A stretch of 64,000 bases of DNA. It comes from Candidatus Bathyarchaeota archaeon (lineage in GTDB: Archaea > Thermoproteota > Bathyarchaeia > 40CM-2-53-6 > RBG-13-38-9). The translations under genes were made by a program, and so were the position numbers. The notes under the pieces were generated by a model. The model was given only the letters and a program-made list of their open reading frames with translations, was not told where the DNA came from and ran no database searches. This document shows positions 40,581-50,331 of this stretch, piece after piece (position 1 is the stretch's first letter; each line of letters begins with the position of its first letter). The DNA lies in the NCBI GenBank assembly GCA_963807605.1, contig CAWECG010000003.1, positions 160,001 through 224,000 of the forward strand. The letters run 5' to 3'.

Positions 40581-40734
40581 TCAGCGAGCTTATTCTTTGT
40601 CGCTCCGCAAACAGGACATCTCCATGAATCAGGAAAATCTATAGGGGGGTATTCGGTTTTATTCCCGTAATCGGATCCCCTTGCACGTCGTCGAAGACGT
40701 ATATGTTACAGACCGTGCAAACCCATTTCCTCAT
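40581..40734 (-). pseudogene. Rubredoxin domain fragment (frameshift in a C6 run), ending at the GC run
   Basis: MRKWVCTVCNIYVFD..QGDP..GIKP / DFPDSWRCPVCGATK. Confidence 0.82.
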
Positions 40735-40835
40735 TTCTTTCCTATCATCCGTGTTATCTCAACTATGATAATTGGCGTAGAATCATTAGAACTTTCGTTT
40801 GTCGGAGACTTTCGCAATCCCAAGAGCTGAATGTG

Positions 40836-41102
40836 TTAGGCCACTGTTATGCTTGCGGAGAGAAGAAGGGCCAAAATGAAGTAGCCTATCAAAAGCCAGA
40901 TCTTGTTCACTTTGTTGTAGCCCGGTTCGGCTGATATGTATATGAGCATCGAGAATGCGACCAACTCAGCGCTCAAAAGAACACCGAAGACTCTTTGGCT
41001 AGCAACTAGGTCAAGTGACCACATATACGCTGCCACCACAACCAGAAAGACCAGAAGCAAAATGGAAATTGTGGTTCTAACTCCTTCGTCCTCAACATTC
41101 AT
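40836..41102 (-). CDS. Small three-TM membrane protein, last gene of the Rieske/cytochrome b operon
   Basis: ATGA overlap with the cytochrome b stop; hydrophobic. Confidence 0.7.
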   Translation of the reverse strand: MNVEDEGVRTTISILLLVFLVVVAAYMWSLDLVASQRVFGVLLSAELVAFSMLIYISAEPGYNKVNKIWLLIGYFILALLLSASITVA

Positions 41103-42520
41103 AGGGTTTCATTCCTCCTGTAAGTTATTTCGAGCTCTCTCATCAGCCTACTTGCAGAGTAAACGAAAAAGGTCAACGATGTTACGCCAATTACTATTAC
41201 CGGTCCGACCAACCATTGATGGGCAAGTAGATTCACTACGGATGCGAGAGTCACAGAACTCAATATAATAAGAAAGATGAAAAATATCGTTGAGACCCCG
41301 TAGTTAAAAGCGTTTGTCATGGTTTTTGGAGCAGTTGTGGTCAGCGACGGTTTGACTTGAAGCCTTCTCTTCCTCCTGAAGAGGAAAAAGGATACAAGTG
41401 AGACAATGACAGCCGTCCCCCCTATTACTGTGGCAGCCTGCGCTGCCGGTATTACTTGGCCGGGCGTCACATGCCCCCAAAGAGTGAGAGCGAGAAGTTC
41501 GGCGATTAGTATAGCACCCACTGTAGTAAATACGGGTCGGGACCCCGGATTTCTTTCCTTCCCCTTATCGTAGAAAGGCAAAAGAAGCAGAAGGACTGCC
41601 ACTACCGTGACTATTCCTATCGCATAGTACATCCCAGTGCCCTCAAAGGGGGAGAATTTCAGGATTTGGTAAAACCAGAGAAAATACCAGTCTGGTTGAA
41701 CTACGAATGAGGCGGCTGCTTCAGGTGTAAACGCGGGAGGTAACACCAACGGGAATACCGCGGAGACGGTCAGTAGTAATGCGATGAAGACAAGACCTAT
41801 CATAGTTGCATATAGAAAGATCTTGGGAAACCATGGAAGATTCTTAGCGTGCCCTTTCACGTATGCAGGTATGTATGCTGCGCCATGTACTTCAAACATG
41901 TAAAGCTTGAAGCCTAGAAGAACAAGTAACGCGGCGGGTAAAAGCACGGTGTGAATTGTAAAAAACCTTCTAAGGGTTGCAGCATCGCCGCCCGTCCCAG
42001 ACATAAAGAATCCAACAAGGCTACCCAGCTGCCCTGGTAACATACCGTGCATCCCCAGAGCGACATCGGTCGCTGATTTAGAGACAACGGTCCAAGGCAG
42101 AAGATAGCCAGTAAATCCGAAGCTCAGCGTTACTATTCCAAGCAATACTCCGGCTATCCACATCAGCTCCCTCGGCCTCTTATGGACGTTGGCAAAGTAG
42201 TTGCGCATCAAGTGTGTGAAAGCCAAAAGTATCATGGCATACGCGTTATAGAGGTGGAAGGTTTCAATGAGCTGGCCTAGCGGAACTTGCTTGAACACGT
42301 ACATCGTCGAAGAATAGGCTTGATCCGGTAGGGGCACATAGTAAAGAAGCATGAACAAGCCGGTCAACCCTTGCATTACAAAAGAAATCACGGCGATCGC
42401 CCCAAGCCAATATAGAGGATTAAGAGTGTATTCTGGGGCTGGTCTCAACGGAGTTCTAGTGAAGCCTATTCGTGAGTCAAACCATTCGATTATTCTATTG
42501 TAAGTGGTCTCTTGACTCAT
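41099..42520 (-). CDS. Cytochrome b subunit of a Rieske/cytochrome b complex (long archaeal type)
   Basis: H.Y.A..MI.....H..R, FTGYLLPW, RFF.IH, PDWY variant of PEWY. Confidence 0.93.
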   Translation of the reverse strand: MSQETTYNRIIEWFDSRIGFTRTPLRPAPEYTLNPLYWLGAIAVISFVMQGLTGLFMLLYYVPLPDQAYSSTMYVFKQVPLGQLIETFHLYNAYAMILLAFTHLMRNYFANVHKRPRELMWIAGVLLGIVTLSFGFTGYLLPWTVVSKSATDVALGMHGMLPGQLGSLVGFFMSGTGGDAATLRRFFTIHTVLLPAALLVLLGFKLYMFEVHGAAYIPAYVKGHAKNLPWFPKIFLYATMIGLVFIALLLTVSAVFPLVLPPAFTPEAAASFVVQPDWYFLWFYQILKFSPFEGTGMYYAIGIVTVVAVLLLLLPFYDKGKERNPGSRPVFTTVGAILIAELLALTLWGHVTPGQVIPAAQAATVIGGTAVIVSLVSFFLFRRKRRLQVKPSLTTTAPKTMTNAFNYGVSTIFFIFLIILSSVTLASVVNLLAHQWLVGPVIVIGVTSLTFFVYSASRLMRELEITYRRNETL

Positions 42521-43206
42521 TATGCTTGTACCACGGATATTGTTTGTTGAGTGACGACCTGCCCACCTTGCAGATCGTACGTTAGTACGTCTTGCGGATT
42601 CGTTACCCCCGGTGGACCGTGTCCATAGATGTTGGGGGGGCCCATACCCACGACGTAAATGTCGCGACTCTTCTCGTCATATTCAAGCATCACTTGTGGA
42701 ACAGGTCTGGAAGCTGGTCCTCCTATCACCCGAGCGGCTTGAGTGAAATCGTACTGTGAGCCGTGACAGCAGCAATAAGCCATTGGGACGTTAGCTTTGT
42801 ACAAGGCATTACATGGTGGAGATGTGCCTGGTGGTTGGAATCCGTAGTAGCAGCCTAGATGTTGACAGATCTGGCTGAAGGCAACTATATCACCATCTGG
42901 TCCGACACCATTCTCTGCTTTCACACCTAGCTTGATGAGGAGATTTGGAGTGTTGGCTAGTGGATAGTTGAATCGGAGAGGCTTCAGCGATTCCAAGGAT
43001 CCAGCGTTTATTAACTTCAGTTTGGGCCATGCAAGTGTCGTAGTGGTGCCTGGGGCTCCCGTTGTTGGTGGAGGGACATAGGTTAGGATTCTGAGGCCGC
43101 TAATCGCCCCTGCGATTGTTGCTACTGCACCGGCGGTAAGCATAGACTTCAGAAAGTTTCTCTTTCCTTTGGCCGGCTCAGTCTTTTCTTCACCACTCGA
43201 ACTCAT
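42520..43206 (-). CDS. Rieske [2Fe-2S] protein (SoxL/SoxF-like)
   Basis: Tat-like KRNFLK anchor, CQHLGC, CCCHGSQY, GPA.RP.P. Confidence 0.93.
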   Translation of the reverse strand: MSSSGEEKTEPAKGKRNFLKSMLTAGAVATIAGAISGLRILTYVPPPTTGAPGTTTTLAWPKLKLINAGSLESLKPLRFNYPLANTPNLLIKLGVKAENGVGPDGDIVAFSQICQHLGCYYGFQPPGTSPPCNALYKANVPMAYCCCHGSQYDFTQAARVIGGPASRPVPQVMLEYDEKSRDIYVVGMGPPNIYGHGPPGVTNPQDVLTYDLQGGQVVTQQTISVVQA

Positions 43207-43642
43207 TAGATAAATGGCTCCTTATTCATGGAATTGATGACATACTATTGGTCAACGAGAAGAACGATTTTTAACGCGCATGAGGTAAACTTCGGCTGAG
43301 TTGTCCCACACATTTCTGATCTGTCTGTGCAAATTTAAGGCTATTCCAGAATTGGCACGGGCACTAAACGCCGGATTGTGATATTTCAGCACATGTTGTG
43401 ATTCGACTGCCGACACTGTCCTTCTTCAATAGTAGAAGCTTTTGATAACTGAAAATTAATTGTAGATCTAGTTGATTTTGCGTCCAGAAGAAGAGCAAGA
43501 TCGAAAGTAAGAATAAACAAATGAAAAGAATTCCGATAAATTGCTGATAATAGTAGAGATTCTCAAACTCTTAGGCTCGGAATGGTGGTTGGAAAACGCT
43601 TCCGGGCAGGAGATAGCGAGAATCAAAGGAAGGTGCGCTCGT

Positions 43643-44506
43643 TCACAACTCAGCCACCTTGTCGACAATCAGCGCAAGCATGATGCACACCAAGTAGAGA
43701 ATTGACAACTTGAACAGCTTGAAGCCTTCATCTTGAGAGGGAGAACTGATGAGCTTCCAGCTTTTCCACAGAAGTGCGAGACCGCCAACCCCGGCGATGA
43801 TGGAGTAAACTAACCCCATTAGGCCAAGCATGGGAAAGAGGAGAGAAGATGCCAAAGTGAATAGGTTGAAGAGGAAAATGTACCGCGCCGCTCTTCTGAG
43901 ACCGAGCGTGACGGACAGCATAGGCACACCAGCCCGTCGGTATTCGTTGACTTTGCTCGTGGCAAGCCCCCACAAATGTCCAGGAGTCCATAAGAAATCC
44001 AGCAAGGCCACGAGAACCGGAGTCAACCCAATGATATTGCCGGTTGCTGCCCATCCGGATAGCGCCGCGAAACTGCCGGAGACTCCCCCTATTACAACAT
44101 TCCAGTCGCTTCTACGTTTCAGCCATAGAGTGTAAACGAAGAGGTAGACGATTGCTCCGGCTGAAACCATGACAAACGTGAGTCTGTCGAAGACAAAGTA
44201 TGTGACGGAAAGACTCACTATCAGCATCATGAGACCGTAGACCAGAGCGTTGCGTGGCGTTATTGCGCCGGACGGAATCGACCTTCTGGAGGTTCTATTC
44301 ATGAGCTTGTCCAAGTCTCGGTCGTAGTAGGAGTTCAACGCTCCGCAGCCACCCACCGCCAGATAGCCTACGATTCCAAACAACACTAGAGTTACCCAAT
44401 CGATTCGTGGGAGCTGTGCGAGAACGAAGCAGGTCATGCCAACGAGAACATTGAGACCCGTGACTCTGGGTTTGGTTAATTCTAGGTATTTGCTCAGTGC
44501 CGCCGT
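43643..44506 (-). CDS. ctaB: Protoheme IX farnesyltransferase; frame extends upstream of the track start to an ACG at 44506
   Basis: YLELTKPR upstream in frame, DRDLD.LM.RT..R.IPSG, YTLWLKR, LWTPGH. Confidence 0.9.
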   Translation of the reverse strand, partial: TAALSKYLELTKPRVTGLNVLVGMTCFVLAQLPRIDWVTLVLFGIVGYLAVGGCGALNSYYDRDLDKLMNRTSRRSIPSGAITPRNALVYGLMMLIVSLSVTYFVFDRLTFVMVSAGAIVYLFVYTLWLKRRSDWNVVIGGVSGSFAALSGWAATGNIIGLTPVLVALLDFLWTPGHLWGLATSKVNEYRRAGVPMLSVTLGLRRAARYIFLFNLFTLASSLLFPMLGLMGLVYSIIAGVGGLALLWKSWKLISSPSQDEGFKLFKLSILYLVCIMLALIVDKVAEL

Positions 44507-44581
44507 GGCTCGTCACCTAGTCAAGATCAGTGATCTGGAAGCATATCCTGAATCCCGCCTTCTCCCCGACCTCCATCCTCT

Positions 44582-44884
44582 TCACATGCCATACATGCCG
44601 GCCATGCCGCTCATGGTGCCCATGAGAAGCGATGTGATGGCTAGCAGTGCGACTATTATGAAGGCGACTAACGGGAGGACCGCAAGGGTCCAGGGCTCAT
44701 AACGCAGTCCCATGTAGTACAAAGCGATTAGTATCGCCTTAGTGCAGGCAATACCGACAATGACGATGACGATCAGTGAAACGCCGACAGTCGGCAGTGA
44801 CCGCGTTAACACTTCCATGATTGTGCCTGTGACCAGAACAGCCCACATGACTGCGTAGAATATTTTTGGTTTCACACTAATCAC
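44582..44884 (-). CDS. Heme-copper oxidase subunit IV
   Basis: Three TM helices, KA.LIALYYMGLRYE. Confidence 0.82.
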   Translation of the reverse strand: MISVKPKIFYAVMWAVLVTGTIMEVLTRSLPTVGVSLIVIVIVGIACTKAILIALYYMGLRYEPWTLAVLPLVAFIIVALLAITSLLMGTMSGMAGMYGM

Positions 44885-47209
44885 CTAAATCAAGTAGAAG
44901 AGCGGAAAGAGGAACATCCAGAATACGTCGACGAAGTGCCAGTAGATGCCTATGTTCTCGACACCCACGTGTTGCTGGGCGCTAAACCTTCCTTTCTGAG
45001 CCTTGACAAGTAGGTAGAGAATGGCGACCAGCCCCACGCCAACATGTATTCCGTGCGCACCAGTCGTGACATAGTAGGTGGAAGCAGGCAGCCCGCTCCA
45101 AATACTGAAGCCCTTCCCCATCAGCTCCCACCATTCATATTCTTTTATCAGCAGAAATGTGGTGCCCAATCCAAACGTGGCTAAGAGCCACATCTTCAGT
45201 CCTCGAAGATTGCCCACCTTGATAGATTCGCGGGCCATTATCATCCCAAAACTGCTGGTCAACAGTATGATCGTGTTCACCGCGCCTATTGGGACGCTAT
45301 GGATCTCGTATGAGATCGGCCATGAGGGACTTCCCGCTCTCACATACAAATAAGCCGCGATCAGTGATCCGAACAGGACGGCCTCCGACGCCAGAAACAC
45401 CCATACGCCGAGTCTGTCTTTGGATAGAGGGGTGAGCGGCCATTTCTCCAAGCCAGATTCCTCACTGGACGCGTATCTGTCGTACGTGTAGTCCCAGAAC
45501 CAAACGCCCAGACCTAGGGCAACTATGGCAATTCCCAGCACCATAAACGACGGGTACAAGGATAGTGTGAACAGAAACGTCGTCACTCCAATCGCCAGAA
45601 TTAGGGGGATCGATGTGGAGCCCTCTTCGCTTCTGTCTATGTAGCTTCGCTTGGTCTCTGAGGAAGGCTGCTCGAGTAAAGTGTGGGGAACGGATGATAT
45701 CTCGGGGCCTTCAACGCCTTCCTGCCACTCAGGCTGCGGTGATTTCCAAGGGTTGCTTGAGGTTAGTTTCCCTCTTTTCGTGCTCAGCGCAAGATTCGCG
45801 AGCAACAAAAGCAAAGACGGCCCAAATATGTAGGCGCCTATAGTTGAGGTGAAATTCCAAAACCACCAGGCAGGATTAGCATACGAAAAGACTCTTCTCG
45901 GCATATCCACAAGGAAGAACATAGGGAAGTAGAGAAGGTTAAACCCGAGAAAAGAAAGCCAGAAGCTTACTTTTCCAAGCTTCTCGTTGTACATCCTGCC
46001 CGTAATCTTCGGGAACCAGTAATAGAGGCCAGCGGAGGCTGCGAAAATAACAAGTCCAACCATCACGTAGTGAAAGTGAGCTACGACAAAATAGGTCCCT
46101 CTGAGAGCATAATCGAGAGGTATTGAGGATTGGAATACACCAGTTATCCCGCCAATAATGAAGACGAAGATCGCCCCCAATGCAAAAATCATGGGTGTCT
46201 GCAATCTTATGGAGCCCTTACGGAGAGTAAGTATTATGCAAACAATTGCCATCTCGGTGGGGATCGAGATCAATTGCGTCGTTATAGAGAACGCTGTCCT
46301 AACTTCGAGGCTTATCCCCGTTGTGAACATGTGATGAACCCAAACTATGAAACTAAAGATGGAAACCGATCCTAAACCCACGACGATCTTGTTCTTTTCG
46401 AATAGCGGTCTTCTTGCGAACGCGCTAACGACCTCACCCAAAACTCCGAGAGCTGGAAGAGCAACGATGTAGACTTCCGGATGGCCAAAGAACCAGAAAA
46501 GCTGATCCCATAGAATCGAACCGCCTTCGGTGGAGACTAAATAGACAGTGCCCAGTATTCTGTCTGATGCAAGCAGGAGAAGGCCCACAGCTAAAGACGG
46601 AAATGCAAACAACATCATGGCGACTGCAAAAAGAATGCACCATGTGAAGATGGGGAGTCTTGACCAAGTCATTCCGGTTTTTCTGGTCACCAGTATGGTT
46701 GTCATGAAATTGACGGATGAAATAACGATCGAGGCTGCTAGCATAGCTACGGCCAGCGCGGCTAATGTCATCCCGAGTTCTGGGTTGTACTTCAACGTGC
46801 TGAGCGGTGCGTAGATCGTCCATCCTGTGATCGGTGCTCCCCCGGGTAGGAAGACTGTGCTCGCAAGTGTCACACCGCTGAAAAGGTACAACCAGTAGCT
46901 TAGTGCGTTCAGGCGGGGAAATGCCAAGTCTCGGGCACCTATTTGTAGTGGTACAATGTAATTGGCGAACCCGAAACCCATGGGCGAGGCGAACCATAGA
47001 ATTCCGAACAAGCCGAGAAGCGTTACACCCTGCTCGTAAGCTGACGACGTAATTAGATCTTGCCCAGGAAAGGCCAACTGAGACCTCAGGAGTACGCCTA
47101 TAGCTCCCACCAAAACGAGAAAGCACAGAGACGTGACTATGTAGAGTATGCCAATATCTTTGTGATAAGTTGTTGTAAGCCACCTCTTGAGGCCAAAACC
47201 TTTCGGCAT
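44885..47209 (-). CDS. Heme-copper oxidase subunit I+III fusion (SoxM-like, A1-type motif)
   Basis: DLAFPRLN, WFFGHPEVY, WVHH, HFH, MPRR; subunit III part FLASE, TGAHGIHV, YWHFVD. Confidence 0.95.
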   Translation of the reverse strand: MPKGFGLKRWLTTTYHKDIGILYIVTSLCFLVLVGAIGVLLRSQLAFPGQDLITSSAYEQGVTLLGLFGILWFASPMGFGFANYIVPLQIGARDLAFPRLNALSYWLYLFSGVTLASTVFLPGGAPITGWTIYAPLSTLKYNPELGMTLAALAVAMLAASIVISSVNFMTTILVTRKTGMTWSRLPIFTWCILFAVAMMLFAFPSLAVGLLLLASDRILGTVYLVSTEGGSILWDQLFWFFGHPEVYIVALPALGVLGEVVSAFARRPLFEKNKIVVGLGSVSIFSFIVWVHHMFTTGISLEVRTAFSITTQLISIPTEMAIVCIILTLRKGSIRLQTPMIFALGAIFVFIIGGITGVFQSSIPLDYALRGTYFVVAHFHYVMVGLVIFAASAGLYYWFPKITGRMYNEKLGKVSFWLSFLGFNLLYFPMFFLVDMPRRVFSYANPAWWFWNFTSTIGAYIFGPSLLLLLANLALSTKRGKLTSSNPWKSPQPEWQEGVEGPEISSVPHTLLEQPSSETKRSYIDRSEEGSTSIPLILAIGVTTFLFTLSLYPSFMVLGIAIVALGLGVWFWDYTYDRYASSEESGLEKWPLTPLSKDRLGVWVFLASEAVLFGSLIAAYLYVRAGSPSWPISYEIHSVPIGAVNTIILLTSSFGMIMARESIKVGNLRGLKMWLLATFGLGTTFLLIKEYEWWELMGKGFSIWSGLPASTYYVTTGAHGIHVGVGLVAILYLLVKAQKGRFSAQQHVGVENIGIYWHFVDVFWMFLFPLFYLI

Positions 47210-47212
47210 GCG

Positions 47213-47866
47213 CTAACTTCCTTTTGATTGATTGAGCCACTGGTTGAATGCCGCGGGATCCATCGCTATCAGTGTGGCCATCATCTGCGTGTGGCCCATC
47301 CCGCACATCTCGTAGCACATAATAGTGTACCGGCGTTCAGTTGCTCCATCCAAGGGAGGCGCAACCACCCGGAGCGTGTTGTATCTGCCGGGAATCGCAT
47401 CGATCTTTAGTTTGAAGTCGGGAAGACCGAAACTATGGTAGACATCAATGCTTGTAACGTTGAAAATAATGGCTTTTCCAACTGGAACTCTACACTCCCC
47501 CACGATCTCTAGACCGTTTGGATACTTAAACCGGAAGTTGAACTGAAACGCCGTGACTTGAATGACTAATGATTCCGAGAGGGGCGGAATCCGTTCGATC
47601 TCGAGTGCCAACATTGTGCTCTCGACTACCAGACCGGCCAGAATCCCAGAGGTAGCCAAGACCAGCATCAGCACGACTCTAGCTGTTCTTCCCTCAGGCA
47701 AGAGATCTGTTGGTTTCTTGCCTAACGACTCTCCTTTGCACCTGTACCTAACAATAAAGTAAATCATGAATCCAACTACGATGGTGCCTATTGCCAGACC
47801 CAAGTAGAGGTACGTATCAAACAACGCCCACCAATGTTGGGCAGATATTGGAATTGGCTCGGCCAC
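47213..47866 (-). CDS. ctaC: Heme-copper oxidase subunit II with a CuA site
   Basis: DVYHSF, DAIPG, CYEMCGMGHTQM. Confidence 0.94.
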   Translation of the reverse strand: MAEPIPISAQHWWALFDTYLYLGLAIGTIVVGFMIYFIVRYRCKGESLGKKPTDLLPEGRTARVVLMLVLATSGILAGLVVESTMLALEIERIPPLSESLVIQVTAFQFNFRFKYPNGLEIVGECRVPVGKAIIFNVTSIDVYHSFGLPDFKLKIDAIPGRYNTLRVVAPPLDGATERRYTIMCYEMCGMGHTQMMATLIAMDPAAFNQWLNQSKGS

Positions 47867-48461
47867 AAGTCGGCCCTCGTCTATTGATTACCCCGCATGT
47901 AACGGACTCGGAGCGTGACCATAATCAATTCCCTGTGTGGATATAAGCAGTTCGCCGAGCCATTACCGCACTTCATTCATTTGACTTTGCTTCCTCAAAA
48001 CAGATCAGCGGGGCATGTCATGCGGCGTATCCCACCGACACCGCGATGCTCAGTGATATGATTGCCAGTGCGAGGCATGCTATCTCCAACCAAGTTTGCT
48101 GATCTTCTCGAAGTTTGGCTTCCTGTACACGTAGAGTAGCATGGAGAACGCACGTGCGTAGTACGGGGCTGAAGAAGTGCCGAAGACTCTTGCTCCACGA
48201 GAAGATCAACGAACTAGAGGTATGCAGCGACGAGGGGAGGAAGCGCAGAAGGAGAATCGAAATCAGATTTCCTATGCTTCATAATTCCTACCGCTCATAC
48301 TCACGGCCTCTTCTTATGAAGAGCACAGATTACGCGCACGTTACGGCAATCAATGACCAAGAGCGTGGTTGACTTGACCGGCATAGAGTCTCTTGTGGCC
48401 ATTGTTGAATCCGGCAATGGTGAAACAGAAAGCGAAATCTTGAAACGTCGGTGACTGCGCT

Positions 48462-48785
48462 TCACGTTGGTGGCTTTCTTCGAGCTTTTATGGAGTAGTA
48501 TATGAACGATATGACGAACCAGAAGATCAAGTCATAAACCAGGTAGCTCCATTCGATCACATAAAGAGCTTCGGTACTACCTGCCTTTGTGACGAAACCC
48601 CATGGAATGCCCCAGTAGGACATCCCTATAGTCGACGTTGGCAGGGGTGCAGACCAGACTACTCCAAAATACTTGATCACGATTTGCACTACTGGAAAGA
48701 GTATTGTCAAGCCGATTGTTAATCCAAGGCTCTTGGAGAATACCTTAAACCAGTCCATACGTCGGTTCACACCTAGAGAGTCCAC
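48462..48785 (-). CDS. Hypothetical small membrane protein
   Basis: Two hydrophobic helices, WGIPWG, D.IFW, basic tail. Confidence 0.6.
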   Translation of the reverse strand: MDSLGVNRRMDWFKVFSKSLGLTIGLTILFPVVQIVIKYFGVVWSAPLPTSTIGMSYWGIPWGFVTKAGSTEALYVIEWSYLVYDLIFWFVISFIYYSIKARRKPPT

Positions 48786-48920
48786 ATGTAGCTATAAGAA
48801 TTATTGCAAGTCGAACTAATCATTTGACCAACATTCAATAATGCCGGTTTTATCATGTAGTTGATCATCACACCTGTTGGACAAACGGTTAGTAAAGGTC
48901 GTTCATACGCACGCGTAAAT

Positions 48921-50321
48921 CTAGAGTAGCCCCGCTCGACTAAGCCTTAGAAACGTACTCTGATTACTTCGCCGTCTCAAAAGTGAGCTTACGGCAAAAT
49001 AGTTGATACCAGAACTGAGTTCCCTCCATGAAGGCAGGATAAGCTGTTCACGAGGGCGATCGTTAAGGAAGTTTAACCTAAACTGCCTGTGGAACCTTCG
49101 GAATCGTCGCAGATCCGTCTCTCTTGAATAATTCAGCCTCTTATCGATCGAGATCTGATTCTGAAGCTTACTGAAAACGTCCCAGTACTCAGGCAGCAAC
49201 GCAAGAGTCTCCTTTCTGTACTGCGAAATGACTCGCTCCCTTTCCTGCTTGGAAAGCCCAATCCCTTCACTTTCAAGAGTCCTAAGAATTCTGTTTGTTA
49301 TCTGGGATATCATAACATCCAAACCCCTGGCAGATTGCCCTATATGAAAGAATGTCTCGAGATCCACCTGACCTATCGCTGATGGGGAAAATTTCCTTAT
49401 CGACTGATTGAGAATTGAAAACTCGACACTATAGTCGCTTGGGAAGCAGATATTCTCGAGTAGGTCTCGTCTGGCCGAAAATTCGCCTGATAGCGGATAC
49501 TTGATCGAGTCAAATCCCTCGAATATTTCTGGAAACTCCTTTGTGAGAATCCGTAACAGAGGGATTGAGAAGAGCCTCGTTACACGCCCGCCGAAGGTGA
49601 AGGCGTCGTATGGAGGTTCGTAGGTCATCGTTAACCTGTCGTAATGTGCTTTGATCATTGCGAAGCTATGCCCTCCGTTACCCCAGTCCTCTACGATCGG
49701 ATGACATAGTGAAACGGCGAACTCCTTGGCGAAGTTCATGATGTCTGAATCAAGGAAGCACAGAACATCTCCCTTGGTCATAGGTAGGGCAAGCCATAGT
49801 GCAGCCCCCTTCCCTTGAGGAACGACCTTGATGCCGGCCTTCTTAGGGACACCAAACTTCTCGAGCACATGGAAAAGGTTCTCATCAAACTGATGAACAG
49901 TACGCACTATGAAATCGAAGAAGCCCCTTTTGGCATTCATGACCTCTGCTCGATTCCCTCTTAGGAGTCTAACCTGTTTCCCGAAAAGGTCCAGCTCCTC
50001 GTACGCTGTCTCCACAACCTTGTTTAGGGTTGAGAAGTCTGCTCTGCCACGGTGACCGGTTGAGCCGTCGATAACAACGATCTCATCGAGGTAACCTAGG
50101 TCGATGAGTTTGCTACACTCTGAGAGTACCCTCTTCAGAACGTCGAGTTCGAGTTCACGATTTTTCCTGCCGACGTCGATTTTTGTAGGTATGACTAGAG
50201 ATATCGCCAACGGCCTTGGTAGGTCTGCCTCATCGCGAATTAGACTATTCAGCTTCTTATCTAGACATTCCTCCATGTTGAAATGCCTGTATGATCCTAG
50301 ATTAGTAACCCCAGAAGTCAT
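48921..50321 (-). CDS. gpgS: Glucosyl-3-phosphoglycerate synthase-like glycosyltransferase (GT81 type)
   Basis: GKGAALW, FLDSDI, K..Y.R, GGRVTRL, YPLSGEF, Y.VE. Confidence 0.8.
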   Translation of the reverse strand: MTSGVTNLGSYRHFNMEECLDKKLNSLIRDEADLPRPLAISLVIPTKIDVGRKNRELELDVLKRVLSECSKLIDLGYLDEIVVIDGSTGHRGRADFSTLNKVVETAYEELDLFGKQVRLLRGNRAEVMNAKRGFFDFIVRTVHQFDENLFHVLEKFGVPKKAGIKVVPQGKGAALWLALPMTKGDVLCFLDSDIMNFAKEFAVSLCHPIVEDWGNGGHSFAMIKAHYDRLTMTYEPPYDAFTFGGRVTRLFSIPLLRILTKEFPEIFEGFDSIKYPLSGEFSARRDLLENICFPSDYSVEFSILNQSIRKFSPSAIGQVDLETFFHIGQSARGLDVMISQITNRILRTLESEGIGLSKQERERVISQYRKETLALLPEYWDVFSKLQNQISIDKRLNYSRETDLRRFRRFHRQFRLNFLNDRPREQLILPSWRELSSGINYFAVSSLLRRRSNQSTFLRLSRAGLL

Positions 50322-50331
50322 GAATTCACAC

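Noticed and set aside
46434-47318. 294-aa alternative-frame ORF and the many other ORFs overlapping called genes
   Set aside because: Shadow frames of well-supported genes with no motifs.
47995-48372. Heme A synthase remnant upstream of the oxidase
   Set aside because: One hydrophobic stretch only; no recognisable His motifs.
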